Source: an uncultured bacterium (GTDB taxonomy: Bacteria > Omnitrophota > Gorgyraeia > Ghiorseimicrobiales > Ghiorseimicrobiaceae). Taken from it: DNA of 64,000 bases. The notes beneath the pieces were generated by a model. The model was not told the DNA's origin. It was given only the letters and a program-made list of their open reading frames with translations, and searched no databases. Shown here piece after piece: positions 57,439 through 64,000 of this stretch; position 1 is the stretch's first letter; the number at the start of each line of letters is the position of its first letter. The stretch lies in the NCBI GenBank assembly GCA_913009335.1, contig CAJVXN010000005.1:110-64109 (forward strand). The letters run 5' to 3'. Made by a program: the position numbers and the translations under genes.

Positions 57439-60005
57439 TCCAATAACCCTTCCGGGGCATCTGCTTGTAATGGATTTATTGCCACTCCTGATATTGGATT
57501 GTAAAAGATTTCAGTAGAGCAAGGATATTTATCATATAAACTTTCTACGGATGGCAAGAATCCTAATGAATCACTAGACCATTCTAAGCCGCGTTTAGAT
57601 ATTTTAAATACTGATGCTTTCCCTTTTCCGCCGATTCCTTTTTCCGCGTAGTCAAGCAATCCGGCCTTGACTAAAACGTACGCCCATTTTTTTATCTTAT
57701 CTACTTTCCAATCCATGTCTTCGGCCAGATCGCGGTATTTAAACGTGTATTCCATAGATTTATGATCATCATCCGGCACATAACTATCGTTTAACAGTTT
57801 GATTGCTTTCCATAATTCTTCCGCGGCAGGGCCAATTTCATAAATAGTGTATGTCAATATCGCTTCTGCCGCTATTTTAGCAATATAATAATCCGCTAAA
57901 GTAGATATAAGATGTATCTTATCTCCTTTAGCTTTTTCCTGTTTTCTATGGAATTGATGCAGCATTGTAATTATTTCTATCAATACTCGAAAACGTTCCC
58001 TATCGCGCCGAATACGTACAGGCTTATCCGGAAAGCTGCTGAATACTTCCTTAGCATAAGGAATAATTACTTTAAAATCAGGATTGAGTAATCGTTGAAC
58101 ATTTTTCCAAAGATTTAGATGCTGTTCTTCAATGATAAATTCCTCACCCTGGGCTTTACGTATTGTTATATCTCCGATAGCGGTTGTTAATTGAGGAGAA
58201 TCATCACTGAATACAGAAAAATTCCTTGTTTCATTTTCATCGAACATCTGCGCTTTAGTTGTCGTAATAAGAAAACCTACAGGGCCTTTTACTTTCTTCG
58301 TTACAGTTTCCATGGCCCCTGTATTCGGGTCCTTAATAGGCATCATTAATATTAAGTCTCCCTCTGACTGAGCCGTTCTAATAGAATAATCAGCGCTTTC
58401 AGATCCAGGGAGTTCATTAATATAAATAATCCTATGCTGCATTCCGTCTTCTGGGAGGTGATAGAAAGCATTTTGAGTGGCACGAGTGATAAAATGATAT
58501 CCCTCCTCAGGGATAAGTCGTTGTATATTTTGGCATGAGAAAGATTTTCCACTTGATGATTCTCCTTTTACTGTTATCGACAGAGGATCCTTCATTATCC
58601 TTGACGTATAACATAGATAAACCATTAACCGGACTACTTCATCGCCGACAACGCCCATTTTATTTGTAATGTCGATGACGCGATATAATATGTCCGGAGT
58701 ATTTTCAAGGAATTTAACAGCTTCATCCTTTTCTTGCTCCGTCATAATATAGAGTTGCTTCGGCGTAAGTAATTTATCCTGTTCTTCTTTTTCTAATTGC
58801 TTCTTAACTAAATCGTCTATTGTAATTAAATCAGAATCGAGTTCATCATCATTGGCCGCGTTGATAAAACGCTTGCGATTCGAAGCCATATCTAATTTGA
58901 CTAAGTCTTTATATACTATCTTACTATCTTTAGATAATGTTAAAGATACTTTAAACTTTCCGGCTTTCGTGAATTCGAATCCGGCTAAACGATATTCATA
59001 ATTCTTTTTCCGGAATACCATTGTATCAGCATCTCGAAAAACCATTGTGATAACACCTTCTTCGATTTGTTCTTTACGTAGTTGTGATTCTGTTAACGGA
59101 CATTTTTCTTTATCGCAATATTGTTGTATGATTGGATCTTCACAGCCATAACTTTTATAATTTCCACGAAATACTGAGTTGATTGTTTTAATAAGGTCTT
59201 TACTCGGTAGATGTTGTTTGTTTTTTAAATTCCAATTGCTTATCAGCGTTTCGATATCTTCCCGGGGTATCCCTTTTTCTTTGTAATTTATTACCAATCG
59301 TAAACACGCAATATCACGATTGCCTTTATCGACTCCTTGCTTTATCTTCTCAATACAAGGCAATTCCCGGCTGAATGTTCGATGTTCCGATACCGGAGTT
59401 TCTTTGAGTATAATCGTTTTTCTTTCAAGCTCATTATTCACAATCGTTTCTTCGATATTTTTTACTTCCGTAATTTTTATCTTTTTTAAATCAGGAAGAT
59501 TATCAACAAAAATATTATTAGTATCGTCAACAAAAACAGTTCTTCCTCGCTTAATATCTCCGCCGAATAAAGGAAGAAATATAAAATTACCAAATTGATT
59601 TTCTCCTACTTCGTCTTGCTTTGGAAATATCTCGCACGTAGTATCTAATTCTTCCATTATCATTTCAAAGACAAGCCTTGGTTTTACCGCTTCTATCGGT
59701 TTGTCAAAAAATGTCCATACATGATATCCTTTACTTTTACTGCGTTCAATATGCATATAGACATTGAAATGCGCGGCTCTGTTTTTTATATCTAATGCGA
59801 GATTAAAATCATCTGTGTCAATATCGCAAGCAAGCCACTTTGTCCATATGTTATTGTATATAGGATAAACGCCTATACGTTTTACTCCGTTAATATGATG
59901 TTGATATATTTCTTTCGTCAAAGGCTCTTTTAAACACATCTGATTAAGCCCATGACAATCCTGCCGCCCTGAAAAGAGCTTGATAAAATGATCTACTCCG
60001 GTCAT
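57435..60005 (-). CDS. primase-polymerase (PrimPol) domain fused to SF3/P4-type helicase (phage DNA primase)
   Basis: N-terminal WLACDIDTDD and SKSKGYHVWTFF; Walker A GESSSGKSF about residue 460; 856 aa. Confidence 0.8.
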   Translation of the reverse strand: MTGVDHFIKLFSGRQDCHGLNQMCLKEPLTKEIYQHHINGVKRIGVYPIYNNIWTKWLACDIDTDDFNLALDIKNRAAHFNVYMHIERSKSKGYHVWTFFDKPIEAVKPRLVFEMIMEELDTTCEIFPKQDEVGENQFGNFIFLPLFGGDIKRGRTVFVDDTNNIFVDNLPDLKKIKITEVKNIEETIVNNELERKTIILKETPVSEHRTFSRELPCIEKIKQGVDKGNRDIACLRLVINYKEKGIPREDIETLISNWNLKNKQHLPSKDLIKTINSVFRGNYKSYGCEDPIIQQYCDKEKCPLTESQLRKEQIEEGVITMVFRDADTMVFRKKNYEYRLAGFEFTKAGKFKVSLTLSKDSKIVYKDLVKLDMASNRKRFINAANDDELDSDLITIDDLVKKQLEKEEQDKLLTPKQLYIMTEQEKDEAVKFLENTPDILYRVIDITNKMGVVGDEVVRLMVYLCYTSRIMKDPLSITVKGESSSGKSFSCQNIQRLIPEEGYHFITRATQNAFYHLPEDGMQHRIIYINELPGSESADYSIRTAQSEGDLILMMPIKDPNTGAMETVTKKVKGPVGFLITTTKAQMFDENETRNFSVFSDDSPQLTTAIGDITIRKAQGEEFIIEEQHLNLWKNVQRLLNPDFKVIIPYAKEVFSSFPDKPVRIRRDRERFRVLIEIITMLHQFHRKQEKAKGDKIHLISTLADYYIAKIAAEAILTYTIYEIGPAAEELWKAIKLLNDSYVPDDDHKSMEYTFKYRDLAEDMDWKVDKIKKWAYVLVKAGLLDYAEKGIGGKGKASVFKISKRGLEWSSDSLGFLPSVESLYDKYPCSTEIFYNPISGVAINPLQADAPEGLLE

Positions 60006-60023
60006 AACAATGCTCCTTTTAAG

Positions 60024-60383
60024 TTAAGTTAATGTAATGCCTTTACTTTGAATATAATTTATTATATCTTGCACAATTTTCCAATTAGCAGCTTCTTCAT
60101 TTGTTATTTCTATGTTGAATGTTTCTTCTAATGCTAACACTAATTCGGCCCGATCTAAATCATCAAAAAATAAATCATCTCTAAGACTGTCTTTTTCTTT
60201 TATATTTTCTGATATTTGTTCCGCTATTAATTTTTTTAATTCTTCTATTGTTTTAATCATGTTGCCTCCTTTTAATAGGTCTGGGGTGGCAAGATTTTTA
60301 CCTGCTATCATGGATAGGCGTATAATGACGCCTCGTTTTATGGCTGGGAGTGATCGACTCCAACGTCCCCACCAGAACCACAT
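60024..60383 (-). CDS. hypothetical protein
   Basis: 119-aa ORF. Confidence 0.45.
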   Translation of the reverse strand: MWFWWGRWSRSLPAIKRGVIIRLSMIAGKNLATPDLLKGGNMIKTIEELKKLIAEQISENIKEKDSLRDDLFFDDLDRAELVLALEETFNIEITNEEAANWKIVQDIINYIQSKGITLT

Positions 60384-60485
60384 CTGGCGTGCTTAAAGAT
60401 TCTACACTAACTCCCAAAAAGTCTGGACTCTCCATAATATGATTAACATTTTTGTTCAATGTAACACCCCAGAACCAATTGCTAT

Positions 60486-61250
60486 TTACTCATCCGTTGT
60501 TTTTTCTTCTCCAAGCTCAACTTCAATGTCGCTTCTACGATGATACAACGAATCAAAATATTTCCTACCTATTGCATATTCTTCATCGGTGCATCTTCGC
60601 TTGAATTCAAGCGAAGGTACGGCATATGTTCCTTTTTTGCCTTTTACGATCTTCGTCTTAAGCGTATATACGCGGCCGAACATATCCTCTCCGGAAAACC
60701 GGGCCATTGAAAGTAATTCCTTAGCCGCTTTCACGGCAGTTTTCATAAGAGAAAGAGATACTGGAAACTGTTTTATGTTATTTACAAGCAGTGATGGGAA
60801 GTTATAGACTACGCTGAACATCGGCGGCTCCTGTCCGTTCCACGATGATCCTGGGACTTCTTCCACATCTTTGCCGATATACTGTTCGTATTCATCCACG
60901 CCCATAGTAACTGTCTTATTATCTCTTGACATCATCACAAGGCCTTTTTCAAGTTCAAACTGCGCTCGTGTTTTAAACATGAATATAGGAATAAAATCAA
61001 CCTCTTTACCATAAACTTCTTTTGTCAAAGAGTTTCCTAAATCACCCATTGTTGCCTTTCCATCAACAACAACTTGCGAAAGCCCTTGCAATATCGCGAG
61101 GCGAGGCATTTTTATATCGCCTTCTTCTACTTCATCAAAACCGGCCGGCATACCTTTTTCTCCGGATATCCTTGGAGCAATTACGCTTTCTTCTTGTCTT
61201 GCAACATCTTTATTTTCTTCTTGTCTTGCAACATCTTTATTTTCTTCCAT
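60486..61250 (-). CDS. hypothetical protein (N-terminal duplicated EENKDVARQ from a 27-bp tandem repeat)
   Basis: 254-aa ORF; DNA repeat ttcttgtcttgcaacatctttattttc x2 at 61192-61245. Confidence 0.5.
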   Translation of the reverse strand: MEENKDVARQEENKDVARQEESVIAPRISGEKGMPAGFDEVEEGDIKMPRLAILQGLSQVVVDGKATMGDLGNSLTKEVYGKEVDFIPIFMFKTRAQFELEKGLVMMSRDNKTVTMGVDEYEQYIGKDVEEVPGSSWNGQEPPMFSVVYNFPSLLVNNIKQFPVSLSLMKTAVKAAKELLSMARFSGEDMFGRVYTLKTKIVKGKKGTYAVPSLEFKRRCTDEEYAIGRKYFDSLYHRRSDIEVELGEEKTTDE

Positions 61251-61261
61251 AACATTACCTC

Positions 61262-61669
61262 CTATTTTGCAGTCGTTATTGCTAACTGCGGTTTAAAGAA
61301 ATACTTAAACGTTTCCTGCGGAATATCTTCTCCTTTTTTCAGCCTTTGAGATATAAAAGAAATAAGAGTCCTGTTATGGATAGTTGGCTTAATCATATCT
61401 GATCGGCCGCAATCCTCTTCAATCCAGCGCATTGCCTCTTCTTTTCTATCTTTCTCGACACTGACATAGAGCGTTTCTTTGCGGACAACCATGCAAAATA
61501 AAGTCGAGCTCTTGAATGACTTTAGTTCCCGGTTATCCATGTACTCTATGAGAGCTGCTTCCGCGTTCGTTTTAACCTCTTTGGCTTCAGAAAGAAAGCC
61601 TTCATATTCCTCTACTTTCTTCCGAGCTTTGAGGATTGTAGATAGCAGTTCGTGTTCTGTCATTTGCAT
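61262..61669 (-). CDS. hypothetical protein
   Basis: 135-aa ORF. Confidence 0.45.
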   Translation of the reverse strand: MQMTEHELLSTILKARKKVEEYEGFLSEAKEVKTNAEAALIEYMDNRELKSFKSSTLFCMVVRKETLYVSVEKDRKEEAMRWIEEDCGRSDMIKPTIHNRTLISFISQRLKKGEDIPQETFKYFFKPQLAITTAK

Positions 61670-61770
61670 TCCATCACCTCTTTTGGTATTTATTTCTATT
61701 TCTCTTTAATCTACCCAACTTTTTTTTCTTACCAATACCTGCTTGTGGGCTTGATTTTTTACTCATTACT

Positions 61771-61995
61771 TCACTTCTCCTTCTTTTCTTCTTCGATTAC
61801 TTCTTTAATAGTCCAGATTATTTTTCCTTCTGGATTCCTAAGTGTTATTTCTCCTTTCGCATAGCGCTTATCAGCAACATAGCAAGCATTTATTTTCTGC
61901 GATGCCAATATTTTCGCGCTGAAGTTATCACGAGCTTTTATAGCAACAGTAGTTAATTGCGTCCCGAGCTTTGCCTGTAACGTGTACGTATTCAT
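61771..61995 (-). CDS. hypothetical protein
   Basis: 74-aa ORF. Confidence 0.4.
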   Translation of the reverse strand: MNTYTLQAKLGTQLTTVAIKARDNFSAKILASQKINACYVADKRYAKGEITLRNPEGKIIWTIKEVIEEEKKEK

Positions 61996-62360
61996 GTTTT
62001 AACCTCCTTTCTCTTTTTTACTATTTCAAATATTCTATTAATAAATTCATCTATTGTTTCGTCTCCTTCCCGGAAACGTAATGCTTCGCCTCCGGCAAGT
62101 ATAAATTCCGTTGCTTGATATAATTGATATCTTGTTAATGTTTTCCCAGTAGATTTAAACTCAAGTAGAAATGGAACGCCTTTAATAACAAGGAAAAAAT
62201 CCCCTGGCTTCTTTCCTCCAAGGTGGAGCGTATCAGGAATTTTATAAGGCCAACAATTTGGATCTGCTTTTAATATTTTCTTTTTGAATCTCTCGTAATA
62301 TTTACGTTCACTCATATCATCCTTAATGTTGCATGGACAATAAGCGCGGCTCCAACCCAA
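61992..62360 (-). CDS. PD-(D/E)XK-like nuclease (putative)
   Basis: GDFFLVIKGVPFLLEFKS fits a D...ExK nuclease core; TTG start. Confidence 0.35.
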   Translation of the reverse strand: MGWSRAYCPCNIKDDMSERKYYERFKKKILKADPNCWPYKIPDTLHLGGKKPGDFFLVIKGVPFLLEFKSTGKTLTRYQLYQATEFILAGGEALRFREGDETIDEFINRIFEIVKKRKEVKT

Positions 62361-62708
62361 TATTCTAATCTTGTCCAGTTTTTTTCAAAAAGGGAAGCTA
62401 CGCATATTGCTCCATAGATTATTAAAAGAAATTTCATTAAATTACTGCTCATTGTTTTCTTCTCCAACCATCAGAGGACATGTCATAGATTTTACTCATG
62501 TCCCTCGGTGGAACAGTCCGAGTAACTTTATTATATTTACCTTTATTGGCTTCTTTATGTATGGTAAGTAAATCTTTCTTTTGTTTCATCTCTCCTCCTT
62601 TGTCTACACTCCCCACACTTCCGCTCTACTATCTTTTCTACAAGCGTGTCCCGATCATAAACCCAATACATAAAGCTAATAAATTTAATATTATTAATAA
62701 TAATATCT

Positions 62709-62948
62709 TCATCTCTCCCCCTTTCGTTTCTCATACCAATAACAAATTAAGGTTACAATAAGTACTAAAGCTATGCCTAAAATCCATTTTAAAAGGTAAT
62801 AGGAGAGGTGTTCTAAATAATCAAAAACTATAGGCATATATTTAGTAAGAATCTTTACTACCCAATAAACAATACAAATCCACCCGAATATTACAATAGT
62901 CCAAATCGAACTTTTTATTACCATTATTTCTGCATCATTAAGTTTCAT
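62709..62948 (-). CDS. small membrane protein
   Basis: 79 aa with two hydrophobic segments. Confidence 0.4.
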   Translation of the reverse strand: MKLNDAEIMVIKSSIWTIVIFGWICIVYWVVKILTKYMPIVFDYLEHLSYYLLKWILGIALVLIVTLICYWYEKRKGER

Positions 62949-63104
62949 TGTTTAGTCCTTTGGTTTGGCTTTTTTACAAGAGTCAAGTTCTTTCCTGCAA
63001 ACTTGAGGTAAATCTCCTTGATAGCACAATCCAACTATTGACTTGTATCTATATTCTTTTTTAGTTTTCATCATCTCCCCCTGCACTCTTTGCACTTCTT
63101 CTTA

Positions 63105-63761
63105 TCAATTCTTTAAGGTTAAAAAATCCTTATGCTTTAATTTAGTAATTATCCTCTGTCCATTTCTTGTTTTAAGTTCTGTACTTGGTCTTGCGACTAT
63201 CCCCTCAGATAAAAATTCACCCCATTTAGAATTAAAACCCTTTTTAACAAGATTAACCATATCTTCTAATCTTCCCATAGCCACAATCGGAACAATATCA
63301 ATATTTAATTTTATTGCTATTTCTTCTACATCTTCTCTCTGAAGCCAGTAATCACCTATTTTAATATCAAACAAAACAAAACCTTTTTCTTGTCTATAAT
63401 TTCCTCCACCTTTTTGTATCCCTGCGCCATAACCTTCGCCATAAAGACATACTGCTACATCTTGTCCTTGAGGTGGTATAAAATTCTCTTTGAAATAGTC
63501 AATCTTGCCTTCAAGTAACTTATTGATATTCACGATTAAATCACCATGTAATTGTGCATTATCTGTTTTTCCTCCAATCTGAATATCTGTACCATTCCAC
63601 ATAATTCTTATATTAGTTCCATCGACCTTTTCAGTAAAAAGCCAGAGATTATCTTTTAAATATCTAAATTCTGGAAAAGAATATTCTCCCTCTAATAATG
63701 TCTTGAATTTAGTTTCCGGGTTTCTCTTAAACACTGTTTGTATCTTGTGATATTCTTTCAT
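63105..63761 (-). CDS. ATP-dependent RNA ligase (Rnl-family nucleotidyltransferase)
   Basis: nucleotidyltransferase motif I TEKVDGTN, motif III/IV region VCLYGEGYG / FVLFDI, motif V region ITKLKHKDF. Confidence 0.6.
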   Translation of the reverse strand: MKEYHKIQTVFKRNPETKFKTLLEGEYSFPEFRYLKDNLWLFTEKVDGTNIRIMWNGTDIQIGGKTDNAQLHGDLIVNINKLLEGKIDYFKENFIPPQGQDVAVCLYGEGYGAGIQKGGGNYRQEKGFVLFDIKIGDYWLQREDVEEIAIKLNIDIVPIVAMGRLEDMVNLVKKGFNSKWGEFLSEGIVARPSTELKTRNGQRIITKLKHKDFLTLKN

Positions 63762-64000
63762 TTCTTATTCCTCCTTTTTTTACAACACTTATCATCCCTA
63801 ATCACCTTACCGCATTTGCAGAATGATATTTTAATGTGAGTCATTTTTAGCTACATTCATCATGGTCACAACCGTAAACTTCGTGTCCAGCCACTTTACA
63901 ATACTTCATTCCTTGTTGTTTCTTAATTCCTCATCATCTATCTCTATATATATTTTCATTATTTACTCCTTGAAATTATCTTTTTACAAATGATACAACG

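Noticed and set aside
1-64000. tRNA genes, integrase, repressor, attachment site
   Set aside because: None could be recognised by eye. No tyrosine or serine recombinase motifs were seen in any ORF translation. A tRNAscan or HMM run is needed before concluding they are absent.

Overview
The window reads as a large part of a tailed dsDNA phage or prophage genome. It is AT-rich, nearly every gene has a strong GGAGG-type Shine-Dalgarno sequence, and no host housekeeping genes are visible.

There are three transcription blocks.

(1) Leftward block 1-11446. It carries an SNF2/DEAD-like helicase, RNase H, about 20 small proteins (many with CxxC zinc-ribbon motifs), a superinfection-immunity-like membrane protein and a secreted CHAP peptidase. 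Four hammerhead-ribozyme-like motifs sit in intergenic leaders on the transcribed strand; two of them are complete type-II hammerheads. The block ends next to an oriC-like cluster of consensus DnaA boxes (10386-10774) and a divergent promoter region (11.5-12.1 kb).

(2) A long rightward block 12090-53215.
- A chaperone pair: a J-domain protein and a bona fide GroES.
- A roughly 10 kb sugar-modification cluster: a DegT-family sugar aminotransferase, a 934-aa GT9-methyltransferase-GT4 fusion, three further SAM methyltransferases including a CmcI-type sugar O-methyltransferase, a methyltransferase-GT-A fusion, and two paralogous unknown proteins.
- A 912-aa protein with about twelve 40-aa 'NTPWCG' repeats and a roughly 1.2 kb 48-nt serine-codon tandem repeat.
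- A virion module: HNH endonuclease, small terminase, large terminase, portal, a protease/scaffold/capsid fusion, decoration paralogs, major tail protein, a tail chaperone pair with a -1 frameshift site, tape measure, lambda-like M/L/K/J tail-tip genes and two tail fibers.
- Small membrane and lipoprotein lysis-like genes, closed by a strong bidirectional terminator at 53229-53266.

(3) Leftward block 53351-63761. It carries a YopX-family protein, a beta-class DNA methyltransferase with an embedded LAGLIDADG-like segment, an HNH endonuclease, a PrimPol plus SF3-helicase primase, a PD-(D/E)XK-like nuclease and an Rnl-family RNA ligase.

The candidate novel system is virion glycosylation. At least six structural proteins (decoration, major tail, tail tip and others) end in, or contain, long poly-serine tracts. 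These tracts are encoded by mixed serine codons, and several end in ...SSSTK. They lie directly downstream of the large phage-encoded aminosugar, glycosyl-transfer and O-methylation cluster. This points to a phage-encoded system that O-glycosylates Ser-rich tails on its own virion proteins with a methylated, aminated glycan. Comparable systems are serine-rich-repeat glycoprotein loci, mycobacteriophage capsid and tail glycosylation, and mimivirus fibril glycosylation.

All calls come from reading the sequence and the supplied ORF translations. No database searches were run.
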